From positions 1 to 27,584 of the IMG/VR virus record IMGVR_UViG_640753024_000006: DNA of 27,584 bases, one strand, 5' to 3'. This document shows positions 1 to 8,387 of this stretch, piece after piece (the stretch's first letter is position 1; the number at the start of each line of letters is the position of its first letter). The position numbers were made by a program, and so were the translations under genes. The stretch is from a virus (Duplodnaviria; Heunggongvirae; Uroviricota; Caudoviricetes). The notes below the pieces were generated by a model. The model did not search any database, was not told the origin of the DNA, and saw nothing but the letters and a program-made list of their open reading frames with translations.

Positions 1-468
1 ATGCCAGATCAAAAAGAAAGTGAGAACACCAAACTCACTTGTGAAGAACAAAAGGATAATGAACTGGTTTCTCGAGTAATCGAAAATCCAGAGGTCTTAA
101 ACAGGGTTTTGGATAGTCCGCAGGTGCGGGCTATTGTTTGCCAGCATTTTCAGGGGCCTGTTCCGCCACCTTCAATGCTTAAAAAGTATGATCAACTGGT
201 GCCTGGGCTTGCAAATCGACTTGTTGAGTTGACCGAAAAAGAGCAGGCTCATCGCCATAAAACAGTGGCTGATAGCATTGATATTGCCAGAGATGGTCAA
301 ACAAAGGCTTTTTGGTTGGCAATATTGATCATCTTAGCTGCCACTGTCTTTGGCGTCATGGGGGAGACAGTTCTTGCCGGAACTCTCGTTTCAATAGATC
401 TTGTTGCATTGGTTACGGCATTTATTGTTGGAAAACATTATTCTAAGCAGGAACCTGATCAAGATTAG
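1..468 (+). CDS. Hypothetical protein with two C-terminal transmembrane helices (DUF2335-like by memory); may be host flank or prophage b-region
   Basis: Complete ORF starting with ATG at position 1; hydrophobic C-terminal stretches; followed by an intrinsic terminator. Family assignment is from memory only. Confidence 0.5.
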   Translation: MPDQKESENTKLTCEEQKDNELVSRVIENPEVLNRVLDSPQVRAIVCQHFQGPVPPPSMLKKYDQLVPGLANRLVELTEKEQAHRHKTVADSIDIARDGQTKAFWLAILIILAATVFGVMGETVLAGTLVSIDLVALVTAFIVGKHYSKQEPDQD

Positions 469-474
469 TCTCCG

Positions 475-500
475 AACCCCGGTTGATGCCGGGGTTTTTA
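475..500 (+). terminator. Rho-independent terminator
   Basis: GC stem ccccgg / ccgggg with loop ttgatg, followed by a T-run, directly after the stop at 466-468. Confidence 0.6.
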
Positions 501-544
501 CACTAGCAAAGCAATATCAACATTTTTCAGCTGTATTTATTTCG

Positions 545-1663
545 TCAAACAACCAATTTAACCCATTCCTGACCACGAGTATCGTTATAACGATCGGTGG
601 TTGCCTGGACTTTATGTCCCAGTAATGTTTTTGTATCAATACCCTGCGCACGGTACAGTCGTTCTGACAGGGAGCGTTGTTCATGAAATGTTGGCGGAGT
701 TTTTCCTGCTGGTGGAATTATCCTAGCCAGATCCCGTGCTTTGGCGAAGTAGTCGCTCAGGTTGTCTTTACTCATCGGCTTTGGTTGTTTCTGGTGCCGA
801 CTATGGATTAGATATGGACTTAATATTTTGTCTCGGCACCCATCAATAACTTCTTTTAACGTTATCCCAATAGCATCACAGCGTAGTGTAAGCGGTAACG
901 CCAGACGCATTCCGGTTTTTCCCTGGGTGATATGCAAGTGTTCGTTCCACACATCTGAAAAACGCATGTGGCAAATGTCATCACGGCGCTGACCAGTAAC
1001 AATCGCAAGGAGCATTGCGTTACGGATAAAGTGTTCTTCAGGCGTTGCGTTGTAAATTTTTTGCCAGTCTTCCAGGGTGAGTCTGGCTCTGGTTACTTTA
1101 GGGATCGGTTTACGGGTGGCCTCCGGAGGATTCCATCCAGGAGGAACTTCCCCTGCATGCTGTGCTTCTTTATAAATATCAACCCATAATCCACGATTTA
1201 CTCTCGCTGTGCTGACCATGTCTTTATCCAGCCACTCATCCAGTATTAATGCAAAGTCTCTTACTTCCAGTTCTTTCAATGGATGGTTTCCCAGACGGGA
1301 AACCAGGTGTGCAGCCATTCGGGCTTTTTCTTTGTGAGTTGTAGCTGCAATATCTCCATTTTTCAGTCGCGCGTCCTGTATTTTCAGATATCGATCAACC
1401 CATGCCTTTAATCTGATACCCCGACGTTTTGTTGCTGACGGACTTTCATCAATTTTGCGCATGAAATATTCAGCTTCTGCTGCAGCTATTCGCTGATTGG
1501 CTGTGGAAGCGATTTTTTCTGCTGTGCCTTTGTCTGTTCCGAGACCGTGAAATTTTCCAGTCACAGGGTTTTTATACTGGTAGTAAACCCTGCCAGTTCT
1601 GCGATCAAACTTTTCGTAAAGACCGGTTACGTCAGTGCTGTTTTTTCGTGGCCTCGGTGACAT
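545..1663 (-). CDS. int: Phage integrase, tyrosine recombinase family
   Basis: 372-aa ORF with lambda-integrase-like architecture (N-terminal arm-binding-like region, C-terminal catalytic region with R...H..R and terminal Tyr context); sits next to an excisionase-like gene at the prophage end. Confidence 0.85.
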   Translation of the reverse strand: MSPRPRKNSTDVTGLYEKFDRRTGRVYYQYKNPVTGKFHGLGTDKGTAEKIASTANQRIAAAEAEYFMRKIDESPSATKRRGIRLKAWVDRYLKIQDARLKNGDIAATTHKEKARMAAHLVSRLGNHPLKELEVRDFALILDEWLDKDMVSTARVNRGLWVDIYKEAQHAGEVPPGWNPPEATRKPIPKVTRARLTLEDWQKIYNATPEEHFIRNAMLLAIVTGQRRDDICHMRFSDVWNEHLHITQGKTGMRLALPLTLRCDAIGITLKEVIDGCRDKILSPYLIHSRHQKQPKPMSKDNLSDYFAKARDLARIIPPAGKTPPTFHEQRSLSERLYRAQGIDTKTLLGHKVQATTDRYNDTRGQEWVKLVV

Positions 1664-1901
1664 GAGTTAAAATCTCCTTCAGTGCATCATCATCGCCAGT
1701 ATGAATTTCCGGCGCAATTCCCGTTTCACCAGGTCCAACAAATACTGCCCGGCGATCTATCAGCCAACGCCCACGAATTTTTTGTGGTCTTGGAACGATG
1801 TATCCTAGTTTTCCGTATTTCACCAGGGTAGTGTTTGTTATTGGGAGACTGAACCGTTTTGGTTTCCACTCGTCGAGCGTTATCAGGTACTGTTCGCTCA
1901 T
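1632..1901 (-). CDS. xis: Excisionase (Xis-like)
   Basis: Small basic ORF just upstream of and overlapping int; resembles lambda Xis family; GGAG RBS about 9 nt upstream of the ATG at 1901 (the ORF-track start at 1910 is GTG). Confidence 0.65.
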   Translation of the reverse strand: MSEQYLITLDEWKPKRFSLPITNTTLVKYGKLGYIVPRPQKIRGRWLIDRRAVFVGPGETGIAPEIHTGDDDALKEILTHVTEATKKQH

Positions 1902-1962
1902 GGCTATCACTCCGGAACGCGCCAGTTGCAGAATACCAACGACAACTGGCGACGGTTGAACA

Positions 1963-2730
1963 TTAAAAATCAGCCTGACTCGGGATCAGTTTTTGCCAGA
2001 TAGCTGAAACGTATTTTGCCTGGTGACGAGCGTCATCAAGTGCATTATGGCGCTCACCTTCGAATGGAATAGCCGTTCTGGCATCGAAGCCTATGGCTTT
2101 CCCCAGCTCAACGATTGTGCGTACATCGCGATCGTTGTAGTAACGCCACGGGCAGGGGATCCCCTGCCGTTCGTATGAACGGCGCAAAATCGTGTTGTCG
2201 AAGTTGGCTCCATTTCCCCAGATCTGAACAAAAAATTCACCGGAGTTTTCGGCGATAAATTCCCGCAATTGCAGTAGTGCATCATCTAACGGGATTTCAT
2301 CGGTCAGAATGGCAGATTGCGCCTCGCGTGATTGCTTAAGCCACCATTTAATGGTGTCACGATCAATGACTCCGCCAGCTGTTTCCAGATCGATGGTCTT
2401 GCTAAATTCCGGCCCCATCTCTCCGGTTACTGGATCAAAAAACTTACCGCCAATAGAGTTGATTGGCGCATCAGGATTTTTTCCCATCGTTTCAAGGTCG
2501 ATCATCAGATGGTGCCACACTCTGCTGGTGGATGTGATTTCGTGATGACCGTTCACATTAATTAAGGGAGCTGTCGCCTCGCCAGTTTCATTATCGCTGG
2601 CGTGGTCCTGATACCTGTCAGCATTCTCCTTGTGTGGATGTTCAGCGCCTTCCATTTCCTCCGGATCATTTTCCTGAACTTCAACCTGATTCTCTTCATT
2701 GAATGTTTCCTGGTATGTTGCGTCGCCCAT
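1963..2730 (-). CDS. DnaQ-like (DEDDh) 3'-5' exonuclease with acidic N-terminal extension
   Basis: Motifs LMIDLETMG (Exo I, D-x-E), ...WGNGANFD... (Exo II-like) and H-x(4)-D (HNALDDARH, Exo III) in the translation; sits in the early recombination-gene position. Confidence 0.7.
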   Translation of the reverse strand: MGDATYQETFNEENQVEVQENDPEEMEGAEHPHKENADRYQDHASDNETGEATAPLINVNGHHEITSTSRVWHHLMIDLETMGKNPDAPINSIGGKFFDPVTGEMGPEFSKTIDLETAGGVIDRDTIKWWLKQSREAQSAILTDEIPLDDALLQLREFIAENSGEFFVQIWGNGANFDNTILRRSYERQGIPCPWRYYNDRDVRTIVELGKAIGFDARTAIPFEGERHNALDDARHQAKYVSAIWQKLIPSQADF

Positions 2731-2807
2731 CACCGCGCCACAATCAGGGCAGTTGCCGCCATCGCTCTGACCGCAGGCGGTGCAGATCTTTTCCGGTTCC
2801 TGTTGCG

Positions 2808-4340
2808 CTACTGGTTCACAGAATCGCGGGTTTCAATCCCCTTCACCCATTTCGGATCATTCGGATCGCTAATCCCTGCAACAAATTCACCACGTGATAC
2901 TGCAAGCAGTTCATCGGCGTCAGGCTGGCTGATATTGGCTGCCTGCATAATGTTGTTTACTTCGTCAGCGGTAACTTTTACCGGCCCTGGTTGTGCGGTC
3001 GTGTCAGATGCACCAGTATTTTGTTGTGAACCTGAGTATGTACCGTTTTTGCGGACGAAATATTCTTCTTTCGTGATTTCAGTAGCCCCGGCAGCCAGTG
3101 CCTTATCCAGACCAGAAAGTTTGTTTGCGCGACCGTATTTTTCGCCATCCTTGTCGGTGAAGAGGAAGTAGAACGGCCCCTCACGCTCTACAGATGGTTC
3201 GACTTCCACTTTGCATTCGGTTTTTTCGTTGTCCGGAATTGCCGTTTCCACTGCATCAGTTTCTGGTACTGGCGACGAGAGAGTATCAGTTGCGATCTGA
3301 TTTGTTCCTTCATCTTCAAACACGCCCTTTGTAGTCAGGTATTCAGTAATGTATTTGTTCAGTGCCACAGGGTCTTTGTGAATGTCGATCGGACGCTCAC
3401 GGACAAGGCCAAAAATAGTCTGGCGGTCGTAGCGAAGGGCATCAGGCTGTTTGCGCATTGATGCCGAGATACGCTTCCAGTCTTCGCGGTCGTTGTTGAT
3501 AACTTCATTTTTTGCCCAGCGATGGATGCTGCCGTCAATGTTTCCGGCATCAATGTCACCAGGCCACAGAGCGTAGGCCAGTTCATCATCCAGTGTTTTC
3601 CATGTCTGCTTGTATTCGCGATGAGTGGCAGCAATGGCCGGGTTGATTTTTCCTGTTGAATTTTCAGTGTTCTGTTGATTGGCTCTGGCGCGGGCGAGAT
3701 CAACAACAGACGTGTATTTTCCGGTTTCCTTGCGTTCACCTTCGCGACGTTTTTTCCAGATGCGCATCTCTGCCTGAATTTCGGGCCATTTGGCACCAGG
3801 CTTACATTTATGCTTAACCCACCCGATGGTATGCAGCTTAAGCTCCGGATACATGGCGTTAACTTCTGGCATTTTCATCAACGCTTCAACGATATGTCCG
3901 TCGAATGTTGCCATGTCTTCCTGCAACAATTCCTGCGCGCTAATCACCATATCAACGGTGATATTTTCACATGTGTCGAACTTAACCATGACAGCGTTCT
4001 GTACTTCAGGGGCCAGCTTGTCAAAAGTGACGTTCATCGGATCTGATTCAGTCTCAACCGGTACAAAGGAAGCAGACTCCTCATCCCAGCGGTTTTCCTG
4101 CATATATTCAGCATCCCAGGAATCGAGGGCAGGGCGGGGTATACCGGGTTTATCCTCGCAAACAAGAAATTTATAAGCGCAGTCCTGAGCAGCCGGATAA
4201 TGTTCCAGGAATTGCCAGTGAAATTTTGCGCGGGCGCGACGTTCATCACCAGCTTCAATGGCAGTGGCTACAGCGACTGCACCTTCTTCCTTTATTGCCT
4301 GTTCGTCCGGAATGGCGGCGCAAATAAAGACTTTACTCAT
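2808..4340 (-). CDS. Hypothetical early protein (510 aa), function unknown
   Basis: Long uninterrupted ORF on the same strand as exo/xis/int; no motif recognised by eye. Confidence 0.6.
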   Translation of the reverse strand: MSKVFICAAIPDEQAIKEEGAVAVATAIEAGDERRARAKFHWQFLEHYPAAQDCAYKFLVCEDKPGIPRPALDSWDAEYMQENRWDEESASFVPVETESDPMNVTFDKLAPEVQNAVMVKFDTCENITVDMVISAQELLQEDMATFDGHIVEALMKMPEVNAMYPELKLHTIGWVKHKCKPGAKWPEIQAEMRIWKKRREGERKETGKYTSVVDLARARANQQNTENSTGKINPAIAATHREYKQTWKTLDDELAYALWPGDIDAGNIDGSIHRWAKNEVINNDREDWKRISASMRKQPDALRYDRQTIFGLVRERPIDIHKDPVALNKYITEYLTTKGVFEDEGTNQIATDTLSSPVPETDAVETAIPDNEKTECKVEVEPSVEREGPFYFLFTDKDGEKYGRANKLSGLDKALAAGATEITKEEYFVRKNGTYSGSQQNTGASDTTAQPGPVKVTADEVNNIMQAANISQPDADELLAVSRGEFVAGISDPNDPKWVKGIETRDSVNQ

Positions 4341-4433
4341 TTTGTTTTAACCTCATTACAGATTTAAGGATGAACAAATCCCTGCCATTGCTGGCATATA
4401 AGAATGAAATCGGATGTTTATTACGGAACTGTT

Positions 4434-4625
4434 TTAAAGACCTGCCGGGATTTCGTTATTATCCTGGTGAATAACTTTATCGACCGGGTAACAGTTACCG
4501 GGAATTTTCTGTTCGGTTGCTGCAGTCATACATTCCTGCATTGTCCTGTGAACACTGACTGCAATATCAACTGGCTCTCCGGAAACAAGATAAACTGTCA
4601 GAACAAGCGCAAATGCTGAATTCAT
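4434..4625 (-). CDS. Small putative secreted/periplasmic protein (63 aa)
   Basis: Start ATG at 4625 with AAGGA RBS; hydrophobic N-terminal signal-like segment; start overlaps the stop of the upstream gene as ATGA (coupling). Confidence 0.5.
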   Translation of the reverse strand: MNSAFALVLTVYLVSGEPVDIAVSVHRTMQECMTAATEQKIPGNCYPVDKVIHQDNNEIPAGL

Positions 4626-4810
4626 TGTGCACATCCTTTTGGCATCAGACGTAAACGAGCCAGCATTGAAACAATGCATATTTTATTTAATAGCTCCCGT
4701 TCTTGTTTTCTCTTGTTAATGGCATCTTCAGTAAATACTGGGTTACTGATAGTGACACCAATTTCAAAACAACCTTCAGACGTATTAACGTTTGGTAATA
4801 ACGTTTCCAT
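4622..4810 (-). CDS. Small hypothetical protein (62 aa)
   Basis: ATG at 4810 with GAGGA RBS 8-9 nt upstream; stop overlaps the next gene's start (ATGA). Confidence 0.45.
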   Translation of the reverse strand: METLLPNVNTSEGCFEIGVTISNPVFTEDAINKRKQERELLNKICIVSMLARLRLMPKGCAQ

Positions 4811-4827
4811 TATCGCGTCCTCAACAA

Positions 4828-4975
4828 TGAATTTTGTGATGCGGTGCCTGGTGCCTCCAGGTGACGTTAACCAGTTAACAATTAACGCCGGATACAGAGA
4901 ACCCACCCATAACACTGTTTTTGGTTTTAACTGTTCCGCGTGCGCTTAGCCGCATTCACCGCATCACAAAATTCA
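4828..4975. repeat. Perfect 19-bp inverted repeat pair (tgaattttgtgatgcggtg / caccgcatcacaaaattca) separated by 110 bp
   Basis: Arms at 4828-4846 and 4957-4975 are exact reverse complements; the left arm abuts the RBS of the 4810 gene. Confidence 0.8.
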
Positions 4976-5373
4976 CTTTAAAAAGGGCGGCAGAGCAGTC
5001 ACGGAGTAAAACTGATACCGCCAAACGCCACCAGAAAATTGATAACAGAGGGCGTTGCAGCGGGGTTGTCACTTAAGCGTATGGTCAACCTGACAACCCG
5101 GTGTCCTCAACGGGGAAGGAATAACCCCGCCATACTTACCGCCGCGCCATTTCGCGGAGTGCCACAACCGGAAGCGCACGGTCGAATTAAATTTAACGAC
5201 ACCGTACAGAGAGACCAATTTCGCCGTGCGCTTTCGCGTTATGCTCTGGCTTTTCAGGGATATATCCTTTCAGTAAACTGTCAGTACCGGATTCTTATCC
5301 GTGTCCGGCGCACGACCACACGTGGCAGCGTGTTGGTCTCCATTTTTAACCCAGAACCTCAATGGAGGATAAA

Positions 5374-5583
5374 ATGCCAAACAAAAAAAGAAATCCGCTT
5401 ATTGAAAAACAGATTGAATGCCTGGTAAATCAACTCAGGCAATCAGGGTTATTAAAAACTCATTCAGAGTTGAGGCTAACAGAATCAGCATTCGACGATA
5501 AATTAAATAATGTCCTTTATAATGGCATTATTGATTTTAATCGTTCTGTTGGTCGCCGCGGCCCTGCTGGTGTTTCCTTATAA
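5374..5583 (+). CDS. Small hypothetical protein (69 aa), AT-rich
   Basis: GGAGG RBS 6 nt upstream of ATG 5374; ends tail-to-tail with zero spacing against the 5584-6222 gene, so one of the two might be spurious. Confidence 0.4.
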   Translation: MPNKKRNPLIEKQIECLVNQLRQSGLLKTHSELRLTESAFDDKLNNVLYNGIIDFNRSVGRRGPAGVSL

Positions 5584-6222
5584 TTACCAGTCAATCCAGA
5601 GCGGACCGTGTTCAGCGTAAATATAACTGTACACATCCAGGTTATATTTGTGGTCTGTTAAGAACAGGCCGCAAATACATGCCGAAGCTTCCAGGGCAGC
5701 GGCTCTGTTACTGAATAACCATGTAGCAACATTCCAGCGTTTTTCTGCATCCCAGTCTTTCTCAAGGCCTGATACCATGAAGAAACCGTTAGTGTTGCCA
5801 TCAAATAATTCTGTTTCCAGATTTTTAAGCAATGCCTGATGGACTCTTGCCAGGTATTCCGCCGGAATTTCGCCACGAATTCTGATGAGATTGTCATAAA
5901 CAAACATGTTCCCCGCATATGGCGATTTTTCTTTCTTGTTTTTTAAACCAGCATCATGAGCAAACTGATCAATTTCTTCTTCCGTTGGTTTCGTATTGAT
6001 GTTTTGCGCTGTCGTTTCTGCAATTTTATTTGCCACACTATCTGAGTCGTGTTTATTTACAGACGCACAGAAATACAATCCGGTAAACGCATCGCGCACA
6101 TTACGAGCTATATTATCAGTGTCTTTTTTCGTTACCGATTCCAATGCAAGTTCGTTCAGACGATGACGAAGTGTGTGTGCTGCAATCTCCTGGATTGAAG
6201 TAGGTAAATCTTTAAATTCCAT
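5584..6222 (-). CDS. Hypothetical protein (212 aa), AT-rich, in the position lambda/Rac uses for sieB/kil-type genes
   Basis: GAGG RBS before ATG at 6222; longer in-frame start at 6234 overlaps the upstream stop as TGATG; no transmembrane segments or recognised motif. Confidence 0.6.
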   Translation of the reverse strand: MEFKDLPTSIQEIAAHTLRHRLNELALESVTKKDTDNIARNVRDAFTGLYFCASVNKHDSDSVANKIAETTAQNINTKPTEEEIDQFAHDAGLKNKKEKSPYAGNMFVYDNLIRIRGEIPAEYLARVHQALLKNLETELFDGNTNGFFMVSGLEKDWDAEKRWNVATWLFSNRAAALEASACICGLFLTDHKYNLDVYSYIYAEHGPLWIDW

Positions 6223-6233
6223 CGTCAACCTCA

Positions 6234-6386
6234 TCAGTCAGAGTTTCTTGCTAACCAGCGATGCGCGCCAGCTTCGGTTTTAAACGTTTTACTTTTGGTA
6301 TACGTCATCGCGGTGAACGTGCCGTCCTGGTTGGGAAACACGCCGCACACCAGAGATTCGTTGTTGCCAAGATCGATAGTATCCAT
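6234..6386 (-). CDS. Small DUF1391-like protein (YdaF/YdfA-like, 50 aa)
   Basis: MDTIDLGNNESLV...TAMTYTKSKTFKTE...RWL..N matches my memory of Rac YdaF / Qin YdfA small proteins; GAGG RBS upstream of ATG 6386. Confidence 0.55.
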   Translation of the reverse strand: MDTIDLGNNESLVCGVFPNQDGTFTAMTYTKSKTFKTEAGAHRWLARNSD

Positions 6387-6616
6387 GTTGACCTCATTTC
6401 CCCTTAACGCCGGGGTGGCGGAACAAAAACCTGCTGCATAGTTATTAAAGTTGAACCCTGCCGTCATGTTCTTACGCCTCGGGCTGGCTACTTAACCCCT
6501 GACCACTGCCTGGTAACTCGAAGTATTGCCCTGCGTTCTGTGGGGCGGGGTGGGTTGGTATTTTTAGTTTAATAAACATTAAACTTAAGTCAAGTAAAAA
6601 CTAAACCTCGGGACAT

Positions 6617-6655
6617 AACAAACGCAACGCTTTTGATAAAGTCGTTGCGGTTGTT
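6617..6655 (-). terminator. Long hairpin (13-bp stem, one mismatch) downstream of the toxin gene; possible terminator
   Basis: aacaaacgcaacg / cgttgcggttgtt around a 13-nt loop; T-rich tract follows only after a short gap on the minus strand. Confidence 0.35.
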
Positions 6656-6677
6656 ATGTTTCTATTGGTAGTGAAAG

Positions 6678-6956
6678 TTAGGGAAACTGGCGTCTTGCGT
6701 GGATCACGTTTACTACTTCAACGCTTGATGTTGTTACGCGGTATAGAATTATATAGTTAGGGTGGGCTACAATCTCACGCAAGCCAGGTACTCTGTCGCT
6801 TGGTGGGTATAAATACGGATGTTCGGATAACGGCAGCACACAACCCCTTAATCGCTGCCATAAGCGTTCAGCCGCATCTATGTCGAAACGAGCAATATAA
6901 CTAGTTATATCATCTAGGTCGGTATCTGCGCTTTCAAGCCATAACACGGGTAACAT
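6678..6956 (-). CDS. Type II toxin, RelE/ParE superfamily
   Basis: About 92 aa; C-terminal IILYRV...VEVVNVIHARR is typical of ParE/RelE toxins; ATG at 6956 directly follows the antitoxin stop (6958-6960). Confidence 0.7.
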   Translation of the reverse strand: MLPVLWLESADTDLDDITSYIARFDIDAAERLWQRLRGCVLPLSEHPYLYPPSDRVPGLREIVAHPNYIILYRVTTSSVEVVNVIHARRQFP

Positions 6957-6957
6957 T

Positions 6958-7149
6958 TTACTGCTTGCTCCGTTCCTTGCGCATCTTAGCAAAGCGTTCT
7001 GCCATTCTGCGCTCAATTTCGTCATGGGGAATTGCTGGGCGCGGATCTGCAAGGCTCGCTGCTACTTTCGCACGCAGCCATTCGTTGTAACTGTTTTCTT
7101 GTTCAATGGTTTCAAATTCAGAAACCATTGGTGAAAGGGCTCTATTCAT
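6958..7149 (-). CDS. Putative type II antitoxin (family uncertain, ParD/stability-determinant-like)
   Basis: 63-aa acidic/basic ORF immediately upstream of and abutting the toxin; GGAGGA RBS before ATG 7149. Confidence 0.6.
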   Translation of the reverse strand: MNRALSPMVSEFETIEQENSYNEWLRAKVAASLADPRPAIPHDEIERRMAERFAKMRKERSKQ

Positions 7150-7169
7150 GTTTCCTCCGGTTTTATAAC

Positions 7170-7541
7170 TCAGGCGCGGCGGCATTTTTGCGCCGCAATC
7201 CATCTCGCTATGAGATCTTCCATTGATTCTTTTTTCTGCTTTAACTCGCTGATTATCTGGCGTTGCTCATCCTCAGGGAAGGCTGAAAAAATCTGCAATA
7301 ACTCCAGTTGATTAGACGTTAACCCTGCATGTGGTGGAGAAACCCCCGGTTGCTCTGAGTATTCCGCATCCAGATACCCTTCCGGCATCCCGTATGTTTG
7401 CTCTATTCTTCTGGCAGCCTTTTCTCCAAACGAGGCTCTCCCACTCATTAGTTGAGATAGGTAGCTCTTCTCTTTGGGTGGCAGAGTTTTATCTTTAAAC
7501 CACTCCTTGAGACGTAAACGGCGAATTTCTTTTTTTTGCAT
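7170..7541 (-). CDS. Prophage repressor, DicA/RacR-like (HTH_XRE N-terminus, DicA-like C-terminus)
   Basis: N-terminal HTH-like segment (SYLSQLMSGRASFGEKAARRIEQTYGM) and C-terminal LELLQIFSAFPEDEQ, similar to DicA as I recall it; divergent from a Cro-like gene. Start taken at ATG 7541; the longer track ORF would run into the operator region. Confidence 0.7.
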   Translation of the reverse strand: MQKKEIRRLRLKEWFKDKTLPPKEKSYLSQLMSGRASFGEKAARRIEQTYGMPEGYLDAEYSEQPGVSPPHAGLTSNQLELLQIFSAFPEDEQRQIISELKQKKESMEDLIARWIAAQKCRRA

Positions 7542-7639
7542 GCGGTAATTATCTTTAGTAATCACTAAACAAGCAAATACTTGACTTAATGGTTTATTAA
7601 ACACTAAACTCACAAAAAAAACACTAAACCGAGGAAGGT
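7542..7639. promoter_or_regulatory. Divergent immunity-region promoter/operator with three direct CACTAAAC repeats
   Basis: CACTAAAC at 7563-7570, 7602-7609 and 7622-7629; TTGACT -35-like hexamer at 7581-7586; lies between the divergent repressor and cro-like starts. Confidence 0.55.
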
Positions 7640-7942
7640 ATGACATTAAAAGAGTTTATTAAATCATTAAGGGTTGGTGATGCTAAGAAATTCGCGGCCA
7701 GACTTGGTGTATCGCCATCTTACTTATCGCAAATGGCGTCTGGACGAACAGCTATATCTCCAACCCGCGCCCTTATGATCGAATCTGCGACGGAAGGCCA
7801 AGTAAGTAGGGCGGAGCTACGACCCCATGATTGGGAGCTTATTTGGCCTGAGTATGCGAGCGGCATTCGTTTGGGGCAAACACATGTAGTTCATGCTGAA
7901 GGTGATTGTAGTGCATGCTTATCTGATGGAGTTGATTCATGA
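7640..7942 (+). CDS. Cro-like HTH regulator (YdaS-like)
   Basis: 100 aa; HTH-like AARLGVSPSYLSQMASGRTAISP; GAGGAAGG RBS; divergent from the repressor. Confidence 0.65.
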   Translation: MTLKEFIKSLRVGDAKKFAARLGVSPSYLSQMASGRTAISPTRALMIESATEGQVSRAELRPHDWELIWPEYASGIRLGQTHVVHAEGDCSACLSDGVDS

Positions 7943-8364
7943 AAATCAAGCATGAACACATCCGCATGGCGATGAATGCCTGGGCGCATCCGGACGGTGA
8001 AAAAGTTCCGGCAGCTGAAATAACCCGGGCTTATTTTGAGCTGGGTATGACGTTCCCGGAACTGTATGACGACAGCCATCCGGAAGCCCTGGCTCGCAAT
8101 ACTCAGAAAATTTTCCGCTGGGTGGAGAAAGATACTCCTGATGCGGTTAAAAAAATTCAGGCGTTGTTACCGGCTATCGAAAAAGCAATGCCACCTTTGC
8201 TGGTGGCCAGAATGCGCAGCCACAGTTCAGCTTATTTTCGGGAGCTGGTGGAGATGCGGGAACGACTGGTGAGAGACGCTGATGATTTTGTCGCAGTGGC
8301 GATCGCTGGTTTCAATCAGATGAATCGTGGTGGCCCGGCAGGAAATGCCTTGGTGATGCACTAA
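7939..8364 (+). CDS. YdaT-like protein (CII-position; Rac YdaT family is reported toxic when derepressed)
   Basis: 141 aa; ATGA overlap with the cro-like stop; position and size match Rac ydaT; family assignment from memory. Confidence 0.5.
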   Translation: MKIKHEHIRMAMNAWAHPDGEKVPAAEITRAYFELGMTFPELYDDSHPEALARNTQKIFRWVEKDTPDAVKKIQALLPAIEKAMPPLLVARMRSHSSAYFRELVEMRERLVRDADDFVAVAIAGFNQMNRGGPAGNALVMH

Positions 8365-8387
8365 AAGCACGGTGTTCGGAGTTTTTT

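Noticed and set aside
2602-4176. Plus-strand ORFs (2602-3171, 3675-4046, 3790-4176) overlapping the 510-aa gene
   Set aside because: Antisense to a long continuous ORF that sits in operon context with exo, xis and int; no RBS.
5039-5428. 129-aa plus-strand ORF spanning the non-coding interval
   Set aside because: Arg-rich, no RBS, and it overlaps the better-supported 5374 start out of frame; the region is more likely regulatory or RNA.
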